A DNA stretch of 64,000 nt from assembly GCA_963663965.2 (NCBI GenBank), contig CAXXFK010000013.1, positions 64,001-128,000 on the forward strand. The letters are read 5' to 3'. How positions within the stretch are numbered: the first letter of the stretch is position 1; each line of letters begins with the position of its first letter. Source of the stretch: Sedimentisphaerales bacterium. GTDB lineage: Bacteria; Planctomycetota; Phycisphaerae; Sedimentisphaerales; SM23-30. A program made the position numbers and the translations under genes. This document shows, in pieces, positions 48,711 through 57,634 of the stretch. The notes under the pieces are model-generated. The model had not been told where the DNA came from. It made no database searches and worked only from the letters and a program-made list of their open reading frames with translations.

Positions 48711-49391
48711 ATGAGCCAATTTGCCGGTGACAAGAAAGTGGGGCAATCGATTTTGGGGCCCATTGAAACCCGTTTTAAGAACGCGTTAGTGCCTCATTTT
48801 CCCAAATGGATCGAAACGTACCATTTAACACTGACCACAATTCTCTGGTCGGCCGGCATGGTTCTTTTTGGGTGGTTAACGCGTCGTCATCCAGCCTGGA
48901 CTTTTGGGATGTCAGTGATGCTGGTATTGCAATACCTGACCGATTTGTTCGATGGGGCGTTGGGGCGGTATCGGGATACGGGGCTTGTCAAGTGGGGGTT
49001 CTTTATGGACCATTTTTTGGATTTTATTTTTTCCGGTTCGATTGTCATTGCCTATGCCATGATGGCTCCGGAAGAGGTCAGCTTGTACTATTTTTTCGGC
49101 CTGATTCTTTGCAGCGGTGGATTCATGGTCAATTCTTTCCTTAACTTCGCTTCTACCAATGAGTTCCAGATATGTTTCTGGGGTATCGGGCCGACCGAAA
49201 TCCGGTTGGTTTATGTCATTATCAATACCATTATTTTTATCTGGGGGGTTGGGATTTTTAAAATTTGGGTCCCCATGTTATTTGTATTGAATTTGCTTTC
49301 TCTGGTGGTTATGATTTTCCGGTCACAGCAGAGGCTGTGGAGTATAGATATGACCGTAAAAAATAATCGAAAGGAGCCTGACAATGGCTAA
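48711..49391 (+). CDS. CDP-alcohol phosphatidyltransferase family protein
   Basis: DLFDGALGRYR....KWGFFMDHFLD signature; multiple TM helices. Confidence 0.9.
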   Translation: MSQFAGDKKVGQSILGPIETRFKNALVPHFPKWIETYHLTLTTILWSAGMVLFGWLTRRHPAWTFGMSVMLVLQYLTDLFDGALGRYRDTGLVKWGFFMDHFLDFIFSGSIVIAYAMMAPEEVSLYYFFGLILCSGGFMVNSFLNFASTNEFQICFWGIGPTEIRLVYVIINTIIFIWGVGIFKIWVPMLFVLNLLSLVVMIFRSQQRLWSIDMTVKNNRKEPDNG

Positions 49392-49746
49392 TGAAATTAT
49401 TGTCGAACTCAATGGATCTCAGTATAAGTTGCTGTCTTCCCTGGTTGATGAATTATATTCTGATGATACCAGTCTGGCCAGTCGAATTAAAAAACTCAGC
49501 AAAACGGAAGGTTACTATGAACTAACCCTGGGTGTAGAAGAATTGAGTACTATGTGCGAAGCAATAGCCGATGTGGCCAACCAGGAAGAGGATGCTCGTA
49601 AACAGAATAAGATTTTCGACCTGGTCGATTATCTGGAAGATGTTCTGTATGAAAACACCGAAGAGGTGGAAGATGAGGAAGACTGGGACGATGATGATGA
49701 GGAATGGGACGATGCCGATGAAGACGAATGGGATGATGAAGAATAG
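49384..49746 (+). CDS. Very acidic hypothetical protein
   Basis: AAGGAG RBS, overlaps upstream stop; C-terminal D/E tract with periodic W. Confidence 0.75.
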   Translation: MANEIIVELNGSQYKLLSSLVDELYSDDTSLASRIKKLSKTEGYYELTLGVEELSTMCEAIADVANQEEDARKQNKIFDLVDYLEDVLYENTEEVEDEEDWDDDDEEWDDADEDEWDDEE

Positions 49747-49807
49747 GATTTATCAACGCGTTCAGTCTGATCATTTAGCATGCTATTGACGCTGGCAAAT
49801 CATTTAG

Positions 49808-49851
49808 AAAAATCACATTCGAGACGGTAACTATCGTCTCGAATGTCTTTT
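49808..49851. terminator. Bidirectional terminator between convergent genes
   Basis: ACATTCGAGACGGTA/TATCGTCTCGAATGT stem flanked by A- and T-runs. Confidence 0.7.
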
Positions 49852-49856
49852 AGAAA

Positions 49857-50486
49857 TCACTTCAATTCGACAGTCCAATAGGCATGGTCAAGGAACTGTT
49901 TCCACGATCGGTAGCGACCATCGGTGAGATTAAGGCCAAGAACGGGAGAACGGTTGGGGCGTATTGGTTTTTTAATCAATTTCATGTTTGCTTCTTCCGG
50001 AGTGCGACTTCCTTTCCTGGTATTGCATTTTACGCAACAGCATACCAGGTTATTCCAACTGGCTTCTCCGCCCTGACAACGAGGAATCACATGGTCCAGA
50101 TTCAATTCAACCGTAGCAAACCGTCCGCCGCAATACTGACAGCGATTATGATCGCGGGCATAGATATTGCGCCGATTTAATTTTACTGATCCACGAGGCA
50201 ATCGGTCGTAAAATAACAACCTAACAATACGGGGGACGGCAATACTGATACGCACGCCGTGCAGCCAGTCGTGGGCATCGGGTTGAAATTCTTTTTTGAT
50301 TTGTGAGATATCGACCCAACTGGAGAAATCGTAATTGCTATAGCGGCCATCATCATATTCAACTACTTCTGCCAGACGGCGGCACAAAAGTGAGATAGCC
50401 CGTTTTACATTGACTACTCGTATAGCCATGTAATGTTTGTTCAACACCAGCACCTGACAATCCAAGGCTGTTGCATTGGCCAGCAT
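49857..50486 (-). CDS. HNH endonuclease (McrA-like, HNH_5)
   Basis: VLVLN, RRNIYARD..RCQYCG, LDHVIPR, WNNLVCCCVKCNTRKG.RTPEEA. Confidence 0.92.
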   Translation of the reverse strand: MLANATALDCQVLVLNKHYMAIRVVNVKRAISLLCRRLAEVVEYDDGRYSNYDFSSWVDISQIKKEFQPDAHDWLHGVRISIAVPRIVRLLFYDRLPRGSVKLNRRNIYARDHNRCQYCGGRFATVELNLDHVIPRCQGGEASWNNLVCCCVKCNTRKGSRTPEEANMKLIKKPIRPNRSPVLGLNLTDGRYRSWKQFLDHAYWTVELK

Positions 50487-50761
50487 AACATTCTCCTGTA
50501 AAAACGCTAAATTGCCATGTGGTTAAGTATTATCATAACCGAGGTCAAAGATTCGTACAAGTTAAATTAACGTCAGAATGCTGTTCAGAATTCATTGTAT
50601 GTTAATCACACAGCCAAATTGGCATATCAGGGAAGTAATATGATTGATAAATGGGTTAAAAGTTCTGCCATTATGGCATGAAATTTTGGCGCAAAATATT
50701 TTAAATGGCGCCATGATTTATAAGTTGTTACAAAATAACGAATTGTGATTTTGTTAGATTC

Positions 50762-50777
50762 TGGCACACAATTTGCA
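50762..50777 (+). promoter_or_regulatory. Sigma54 (-24/-12) promoter of hsp20
   Basis: TGGCACACAATTTGCA with exact GG-N10-GC spacing. Confidence 0.75.
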
Positions 50778-50839
50778 AATTAGATAAGCAGTAACGAAAT
50801 AATAAATTCAGGTGATACTTTTAAGAAAGGAGACTCATT

Positions 50840-51274
50840 ATGTTACCTGTACTGAACAAAAAATCTATTGAACCGTTTGCTCGTAATCCTCTTATTAATG
50901 CCATGGATCGTCTGATGGATGAAATGTTTACCGATGGTTTTGCCCTGGTGGAAACCGGCGGCCGAATGGACATGTATGAAGCGGGCGACAAATTATATGT
51001 CGAAGCTGAAGTGCCCGGTTTTAAACATGACGAACTGGATTTAAGCCTGGAAAACAATGTCCTGACTGTCAAAGCAGAGCAAAGAATCGAAGAAGAAGAC
51101 AAAAACGTAAATTATTACATCCGTGAGCGCCGTCGTCAACGGTGGGCCCGATCGATCCGGTTGCCCGTCAATGTGGACAACAACAAGATTAACGCATCAT
51201 TTAATGATGGTATTCTCAAAATCGAAATGGAAAAGGCCGAAGTGGCGAAGGCCCATAAAATCCAGATTAAATAA
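50840..51274 (+). CDS. Hsp20/alpha-crystallin small heat-shock protein
   Basis: DMYE, AEVPG, RERR, ASFNDGILKI, C-terminal IQI; AAAGGAG RBS. Confidence 0.95.
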   Translation: MLPVLNKKSIEPFARNPLINAMDRLMDEMFTDGFALVETGGRMDMYEAGDKLYVEAEVPGFKHDELDLSLENNVLTVKAEQRIEEEDKNVNYYIRERRRQRWARSIRLPVNVDNNKINASFNDGILKIEMEKAEVAKAHKIQIK

Positions 51275-51381
51275 CACTATCGCTTTGGCCTGACGGTAAG
51301 CGGCCTGGCCAGCTATGACAACAGCTTACCGGTTAACAGCAAATTCTTACTTTCGTTCATTGAATAACGACTCCTTTTCGG

Positions 51382-51415
51382 AAACCGTCGCGTCAGCCAG
51401 CGCGACGGTTTTTTT
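51382..51415 (+). terminator. Rho-independent terminator
   Basis: AAACCGTCGCG/CGCGACGGTTT stem plus T-run. Confidence 0.85.
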
Positions 51416-51548
51416 GTCGATCCTGATTAAAATTTTGACAAAGCTATTGAAATTGCCGGATCAGATTGATAAGATAAATAATATCCAAGCTTAAGGTTGT
51501 CTTATTATTCTGTTATCCGCATTTAATTGATGCGGGGGGAGATTCAAA

Positions 51549-52235
51549 ATGAAGAAGATTGTGGTTGTTATTTCGGTTCTATTGTTTGTCACTCCTAGCC
51601 TTGTTCTGGCTAATATATCCGGTCCAGTGTTTCCAGCTCCGGGTGGCGTGTCTTATACCATGACCGGCAATATTGCCCGGGCAGGAGGATTAACCATATC
51701 TTTTACCGGTCTTAATCCCTCAAATTATGACCAACTCTGGTGGGGGCCATGGGATGCTTCCAGCGTCTATCTGGATCTGGATAATCTTTATGAACGCACT
51801 GGCGACGTCACTACGCTTGCTTATAATCCAACTCGCGGTGTCTGGGAAGGGAGTTCCTGGATCCATCTTTTCAGTGAATCTACTCCAAGTTACAATCAAT
51901 ACTATACTCGATTAAAGGTATCGGGGGTGTCATTGATCGATTCGTCAACGATTGGACTGACAGATATAAATCATCCAGATGCCGTAGCGGAAATTACCGG
52001 GACCAGTTTTTCTGTCACCTTGATTTTTGAAGCGGCCCAGTATCAGAGTGGACCCTGGACACCCGCTTTGGACCTTTTTGACAGTTTGAGTACGATACCT
52101 GGTCACCAGGTTGACGCTTTGTTTTCGGGGGGATTTTTCTATACGAGCAGTGCGGTTCCGGCTCCGGGGGCGATGATGCTGGCCGGGTTGGGCACGGGTT
52201 TGGTTGGCTGGGTACGACGCCGTCGCCTGGAATAA
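51549..52235 (+). CDS. Secreted protein with PEP-CTERM-like (VPAPGA) sorting signal
   Basis: Signal peptide; C-terminal VPAPGAMMLAGLGTGLVGWVRRRR. Confidence 0.88.
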   Translation: MKKIVVVISVLLFVTPSLVLANISGPVFPAPGGVSYTMTGNIARAGGLTISFTGLNPSNYDQLWWGPWDASSVYLDLDNLYERTGDVTTLAYNPTRGVWEGSSWIHLFSESTPSYNQYYTRLKVSGVSLIDSSTIGLTDINHPDAVAEITGTSFSVTLIFEAAQYQSGPWTPALDLFDSLSTIPGHQVDALFSGGFFYTSSAVPAPGAMMLAGLGTGLVGWVRRRRLE

Positions 52236-52248
52236 TGCGAAAATTCAC

Positions 52249-52515
52249 TCAATCGTGGTCGAAGACCATTTTCTGGCATTCAACACCTTCGACCTGGTTG
52301 AGTTTATACATTAACTCGAAGCAGGTGTGGTTATCGCCAATCATTTCGAGTAGCACTAATCCATTGGGGGAACAGACCGTATCGCTGGCTTCATGCAAGC
52401 CAAGGCGGGTCTTGATATTACATCCATATTCAGTAAATAAGCGCTGAATTTCTGTGACATGTTTGATTCGGTCGGTAATGTGAACTCCCAGAATAATATG
52501 ATCTTTCCTGGTCAT
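52249..52515 (-). CDS. Small ACT-like protein (TM1266/iron-only hydrogenase system regulator-like)
   Basis: GVHITDR, Q..FTEYGCNIKTRLGLHE; AAGGA RBS. Confidence 0.7.
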   Translation of the reverse strand: MTRKDHIILGVHITDRIKHVTEIQRLFTEYGCNIKTRLGLHEASDTVCSPNGLVLLEMIGDNHTCFELMYKLNQVEGVECQKMVFDHD

Positions 52516-52627
52516 GATCGATCCTTTCGCGCAGTAAATAACGAATGGTAATTGTTGATTATTGTCAGATCGGTATTATAATAGTCTGTCAAAAAGAATT
52601 TTCCAGTCATTTTTCAGGGAGTATTCC

Positions 52628-53626
52628 ATGAGTTATGAACCAAATCCTCAACGATATGATGCCATGATCTATAACCGATGCGGTCGTAGTGGCTTGAAAT
52701 TACCGGCGATTTCGTTGGGTTTATGGATCAATTTTGGTGGGGTGGACGATTATGAAAACAGCCGCGCCATGATCCGGCGAGCTTTTGACCTGGGGATCAC
52801 CCATTTTGATCTGGCCAATAATTATGGTCCGCCGCCCGGTTCGGCTGAGACGATTTTTGGTCAGATTCTAAAAACCGATCTGGCAAATTATCGTGATGAG
52901 TTAATTATTTCGAGCAAGGCGGGTCATCTGATGTGGGACGGGCCTTATGGCGATTGGGGCTCCCGGAAATACCTGATGGCGTCACTGGACCAGTCGCTGG
53001 GGCGGATGGGTCTGGATTATGTCGATATTTTTTATCATCACCGTTTCGATCCAGAAACGCCGTTGGAAGAGACCATTTCGGCCCTGGCGGATATTGTGCG
53101 GCAGGGGAAGGCGCTGTATGTGGGGCTTTCCAAATATCCGCCCGCTGAGGCCCAGGTTGCGGTTGCGATGTTGAAGCAATTGGGGATTAATTGTTTGATT
53201 CATCAGCAACGTTATTCCATGCTGGTCCGTCATATCGAGACAGGTTTGCTTGACGTCGTGAAGAATCAGGGGACCGGCTGTATTGTTTTTTCGCCACTGG
53301 CCAAAGGGTTACTGACGGACAAGTATCTGAAAGGTATTCCCAATGGCTCGCGCGCCGCCAAGCCGCATGGTTTTATTCAGCGTGATGAACTGTCCAGTGA
53401 GCTGCTTAATAAAGTTCATGAGTTGAATAAAATTGCCGAATGGCGCGGGCAGAGTCTGGCGCAGATGGCCATTGCCTGGTGTTTGCGTCATGATCAGATT
53501 ACCTCGGTTTTGACAGGGGCCAGTTCGGTTGCGCAGATCGAGGCGAACATCGCCAGTCTGCAAAACACCCATTTTACCGATGAAGAACTGGAGGCGATCG
53601 ATCAGATATTGGCGGAGATTCAATAG
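52628..53626 (+). CDS. Aldo/keto reductase, L-glyceraldehyde-3-phosphate reductase (Gpr/YghZ-like)
   Basis: RCGRSGLKLPAISLGLW, FDLANNYGPPPGSAE, GSRKYL, FSPLAKGLLT; GGGAG before ATG 52628. Confidence 0.92.
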   Translation: MSYEPNPQRYDAMIYNRCGRSGLKLPAISLGLWINFGGVDDYENSRAMIRRAFDLGITHFDLANNYGPPPGSAETIFGQILKTDLANYRDELIISSKAGHLMWDGPYGDWGSRKYLMASLDQSLGRMGLDYVDIFYHHRFDPETPLEETISALADIVRQGKALYVGLSKYPPAEAQVAVAMLKQLGINCLIHQQRYSMLVRHIETGLLDVVKNQGTGCIVFSPLAKGLLTDKYLKGIPNGSRAAKPHGFIQRDELSSELLNKVHELNKIAEWRGQSLAQMAIAWCLRHDQITSVLTGASSVAQIEANIASLQNTHFTDEELEAIDQILAEIQ

Positions 53627-53669
53627 GCAGGGCAGAATATTTCCAACTTGATCCAGTTGATAAAATTCT

Positions 53670-54524
53670 ATGAAATCAAAACATTCAGGCAAGTCAAAAG
53701 CATTCAATAAACCCGCTTTGCGGATCCAAGTAACCACTTTGTGGGAATATCCCTCCCAGCATTATGGCGAGTCGGTCCAGGGGGATCCTGATTACCGGGG
53801 GGCAACTCCGAGTTATATTATCTGGAATCTGCTGCAGCGCTACACGAAGGAAAAGGATCTGGTTATTGATCCGATGTGCGGCAGTGGAACGACTCTGGAT
53901 GTCGCGCGGGATTTAAAGCGGCGGGCTTTGGGATATGATGTCAATCCAACCCGGCCGGATATTTTCAGAGTGGATGCCCGGAAGCTGCCGCTGGAAGATG
54001 AGAAGGCGGATTTTGTATTTATCGATCCGCCTTATTCGACTCATATCGATTACAGTGATGATCCGCGTTGCGTCGGGAAACTGCATGCCGGAAGTCCGGA
54101 GTATTATGAGGCGATGCGGTTGGTGATAGGGGAGATCCATCGGATCTTAAGGCCGGACCGCTATATGGGGCTTTATGTCAGCGATTCGCATGAGCCGAAG
54201 AAGGGATTCTTTCCGATCGGGTTTGAGTTGTTTGCCATTCTGCGTGAATATTTTGAGCCGGTGGATATTATTGCGGTGGTGCGGCATAACCGGACGCTGG
54301 AAATGGGAAATTATCGCAAGGCGGCTGAGGAGGGTAATTTTTTTCTGAGGGGATTTAACTATCTTTTTATTATGCGCAAGCCGGAGAAAAAGGTAGTGAC
54401 AAGGCCAAAAGAAACCGGGATTGATCAAGCGGGTAAAGACAGCAGTGTACCCAAGGCGGGATCAAAAGCTAATACAACTCAGGCCAGGCGACGCCGGCCA
54501 CCGGCGCGGCATAATCGTAAGTAG
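53670..54524 (+). CDS. Orphan SAM-dependent amino-methyltransferase (N4/N6 DNA or TRM11-like)
   Basis: DPMCGSGTT motif I followed by DPPY motif IV. Confidence 0.85.
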   Translation: MKSKHSGKSKAFNKPALRIQVTTLWEYPSQHYGESVQGDPDYRGATPSYIIWNLLQRYTKEKDLVIDPMCGSGTTLDVARDLKRRALGYDVNPTRPDIFRVDARKLPLEDEKADFVFIDPPYSTHIDYSDDPRCVGKLHAGSPEYYEAMRLVIGEIHRILRPDRYMGLYVSDSHEPKKGFFPIGFELFAILREYFEPVDIIAVVRHNRTLEMGNYRKAAEEGNFFLRGFNYLFIMRKPEKKVVTRPKETGIDQAGKDSSVPKAGSKANTTQARRRRPPARHNRK

Positions 54525-54559
54525 CTTGTTTGTAGGAAGATACGGTTTTTATGAAAATT

Positions 54560-54590
54560 AAAAAGCCCGACAGGACTGATCCTGCCGGGC
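54560..54590 (-). terminator. Rho-independent terminator of serA
   Basis: GCCCGACAGGA/TCCTGCCGGGC stem with A5 on + strand. Confidence 0.7.
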
Positions 54591-54661
54591 CGATGGTCTG
54601 CTAAAACTCAGTATTTCGGTCTGGTTTCAGAGACTTTATCTCAGGTGTTAAAGCAAGTTGT

Positions 54662-56254
54662 TTATTTAACTTTGGGCAACTGGCATACGAAAACCGATTT
54701 GACGAAATCCTGTTTCTGGAATTCGGCAATGGCGGCGGCATCCGGGGCGGCATCGAGGCTGATAGCCAGAACGGCGCTATCCGCAACACGGCCGACACCC
54801 ATGGTACCGATATTCAGTTTATGCTTGCCACAGATGGAACCGACGGCGCCAATCACACCGGGGCGGTCATCATTGAAGATGACCATAATGGTGCCTTCGG
54901 GTGACATTTCCAGCGCGAAGTCATCAATGCCAATGACGCGCGGGATACGTTTGTCGATGATGGTTCCCACAATTTTACGATCGACCTGATCGGTCACGAT
55001 GCGAATGGTCAGCGTGCTGGAGAAATCGCCGGCATCGGGATTTTTGACTTCATCCACGCTCAAGTTACGCTGTTTGGCGATGATGGGGGCGTTGACTTCG
55101 TTGACACCTTCTTCGATCTTTCCCTGCAAGATACCGATCATGGCACTGATGGTAATGGCCGAGATGTTATGTTCGGCGATTTCACCCCGGTAACCGACTT
55201 CCAGTTTCTTGATACTGCCCGGCGCGATGGAACTGAGAATTTTGCCCATGCGTTCGGCCAGGACACGATAGCGCTTGACCTGTTCGGGCAGGGATTTGTC
55301 GAGACCGGGTACATTGACGGCGTTGCGGATCTGGGTGCCGCGAATGGCATCGACCAGTTCTTTGGCGGCATCGACGGCCACTTCGATCTGGGCTTCTTCG
55401 GTACTGGCGCCCAAGTGGGGTGTGACAATACAGTTATCGAGCTTTTCGAACCGGCGGTTGGTGGGAGGTTCTTCGGCGAAGACATCGAGGGCGGCGCCGG
55501 TGATGCGTTTGGATTCGAGGGCGTCGTAAAGATCGTCTTCGTTGATGACCGCGCCACGGGCGACGTTGATGATCCGGGCGTTTGGCTTCATTTCGCTGAT
55601 CAGTTCTTTATTGATCATCCCGCGGGTCTGATCGGTCACGGGAACGTGCAGGGTGATAAAATCGCTAACCCGGCAGAGTTCTTTGAGGTCGGTGACGACT
55701 TCAACGCCTTCCTGTTCGGCGACTTCGGGTGCGGCGACCGGATCATAGCCAACGATATTCATTTTGAGGCCCATGGCGCGACGAGCCACGCTCATGCCGA
55801 TACGTCCCAGACCGATGACGCCGAGGGTTTTGCCCAAAAGCTGGGTACCCATATAGGTTTTGCGGTCCCATTTGCCACCTTTGAGCGAGGCATTGGCCTG
55901 GGGGATAAAGCGGGAGGCGGCCATCATGAGGGCCACGGTGTGTTCGGCGGCGCTGATGGTGTTGCCATCGGGGGTGTTCATGACGATGACACCTTTTTGG
56001 GTGGCGACGGGGATATCGACATTGTCGACACCGACGCCGGCACGGGCCACGCCTTTGAGGCGGCCGGGATTTTCCAGTACTTTGGCGGTTACTTTTGAGC
56101 CGCTACGGATAATCAGGCCGTCGTATTCGCCGATGATCGAGGCCAGTTCCTCTTCGCTGATGCCCACTTTTTCGGTCAGTTCTACATCGTCCTGGCTTTT
56201 GAGCCAATCGAGGCCTTCTTTTGCCAGTTTATCGGTTACCAATATTTTTATCAC
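54662..56254 (-). CDS. serA: D-3-phosphoglycerate dehydrogenase (long form, ASB+ACT)
   Basis: RAGVGVDNVD, GLGRIG, NVARG, TPHLGASTEEAQ, DRPGVIG ACT domain. Confidence 0.97.
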   Translation of the reverse strand: MIKILVTDKLAKEGLDWLKSQDDVELTEKVGISEEELASIIGEYDGLIIRSGSKVTAKVLENPGRLKGVARAGVGVDNVDIPVATQKGVIVMNTPDGNTISAAEHTVALMMAASRFIPQANASLKGGKWDRKTYMGTQLLGKTLGVIGLGRIGMSVARRAMGLKMNIVGYDPVAAPEVAEQEGVEVVTDLKELCRVSDFITLHVPVTDQTRGMINKELISEMKPNARIINVARGAVINEDDLYDALESKRITGAALDVFAEEPPTNRRFEKLDNCIVTPHLGASTEEAQIEVAVDAAKELVDAIRGTQIRNAVNVPGLDKSLPEQVKRYRVLAERMGKILSSIAPGSIKKLEVGYRGEIAEHNISAITISAMIGILQGKIEEGVNEVNAPIIAKQRNLSVDEVKNPDAGDFSSTLTIRIVTDQVDRKIVGTIIDKRIPRVIGIDDFALEMSPEGTIMVIFNDDRPGVIGAVGSICGKHKLNIGTMGVGRVADSAVLAISLDAAPDAAAIAEFQKQDFVKSVFVCQLPKVK

Positions 56255-56624
56255 AGCATTACCCTTTCATAAAAAGCCGTATAAACTTGTCTTTTCAACC
56301 AGTTCCTCATACTTCTAAGGACCTGTGATTATGGTGATCGCACTTTATTTTGTCCAGTATTTTTCAGGGCTCTTTGTCGGGAATTAGAAGAAAAAGGGGA
56401 GGGGAATGGCTATTTAATATTTACCTGGTTCGGATAAACTGTTATTGAAGAAAAAATATCTCACATGAAGGCGCGATGGCACGAAGGCAAGAAGACGAGC
56501 AGGCGAGTAGAAAAGTAGGTAAGAAGTTAAGAAGGTCAAAACGGCGGGGGGATGGGGCAGGGGTGGATTGACCTGGATATTCGGTTTCGGGGATAAGCGT
56601 CAACATTGTTTCTGATATGGCGTG

Positions 56625-56936
56625 TATGTCAATTGCATATAATGAGTTACGAGATTGTTTTTTGTCATTGGGTTCGTTTGGCGTTGGTGGTTGTTTACGA
56701 GGGTGGATCGGTATGGGAGGCTGGTGGTATCGCAAGCGGGTGGCCTGAGATGGATTGCCAGGTGGGAGGAGGATACGCTGAAAAACAGTCATACAGGCCG
56801 GTTTAACGGGGGGAGCGGTTGGGGGGATGATTTGGCTTGAGGGAGTCCTGATAAAATAACTTGTAAGAGAAAAACGCTATAAGGGATAGTAATATAATTG
56901 GTTATGATCGATCTGGCCGGCGTTGGGTTCGTTTGG
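56625..56936 (+). repeat. Two further copies of the tripartite motif
   Basis: TATG-N17-GTTA-N18-TTGGGTTCGTTTGG (56625-56681) and TAAG-N17-GTTA-N18-TTGGGTTCGTTTGG (56880-56936). Confidence 0.9.
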
Positions 56937-57053
56937 GCTCGGGTAGGGTGGGTGGAGATTGGTTGTCGGACTGGTGATAGAGGGCGATTGGGGAATTGGA
57001 GGGGGAATGTCAATTAGGCCAAATTGGACAGCCCATATTGTGGCGATATTTAA

Positions 57054-57066
57054 TTTTCAAAGAACG
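57054..57066 (-). promoter_or_regulatory. boxA-like antitermination element
   Basis: CGTTCTTTGAAAA on - strand, ~65 nt downstream of a consensus promoter and right after a CAGGGTT/AACCCTG stem. Confidence 0.45.
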
Positions 57067-57137
57067 TTTTCAGGGTTGATATTTATTTACGTTACCCATT
57101 CAGTTAAAAGGGAGTCTGGTTAACCCTGATCATTGGT

Positions 57138-57166
57138 ATTATAGAGTTCGTTTTTGTGTATGTCAA
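57138..57166 (-). promoter_or_regulatory. Perfect sigma70 consensus promoter
   Basis: TTGACA-17 bp-TATAAT on - strand. Confidence 0.8.
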
Positions 57167-57545
57167 ACAAATTGGAATATTAATTTATTTATAAATGCTG
57201 GTCTTAAATAGTATCTTTTTGAGAAAGACCTGTGGAACCACTCCAGCAAAGTAAGGCGATCCTTTTCAGGTGCTTAAAAGGTGATGGGGCGTAGTTTGAT
57301 AGTGATAACCATGCAATATTATTTCTGGAGTGGTCCTGAGCAGGATGATGTCAAGAAAAGGCACACAGGTTGATGGAGGAGGTCATGGGGTAGAGGAAAT
57401 GCCTTAACTGACCTGTCAACATCTTTTCAATTCATCAGACAGGTTTCATTTTCCAATTAGTTCTGAGCATAGTCTATTTTTAGACAGAGCTGTCTATTAT
57501 GGCCACTTGAAACCTATTCCGGCTCATAGAAAATAAGAAAATATG

Positions 57546-57582
57546 AAATAAATGAGGCCGGTATCAATCGGTGATACCGGCC
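57546..57582 (-). terminator. Probable terminator of the two secreted-protein genes
   Basis: GGCCGGTATCA/TGATACCGGCC perfect 11-bp stem with A/T-rich tail. Confidence 0.65.
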
Positions 57583-57634
57583 CCTGTTTAACGTCATATA
57601 TTCGATTGAAAAACACCCCATAAGCCGGACAACA

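Noticed and set aside
49857..50486. HNH gene as homing endonuclease, IscB or Cas9-like effector
   Set aside because: Stand-alone McrA-like protein with no RuvC motifs, no intron context and no flanking element ends
56442..57013. Pro-rich minus-strand ORFs (116 and 74 aa)
   Set aside because: No RBS, the motif is read in different frames, and composition follows from C-skew
57142..57155. Seventh motif copy (TAGAGTTCGTTTTT) in the promoter spacer
   Set aside because: Four mismatches and GTTA spacing off by one; not counted
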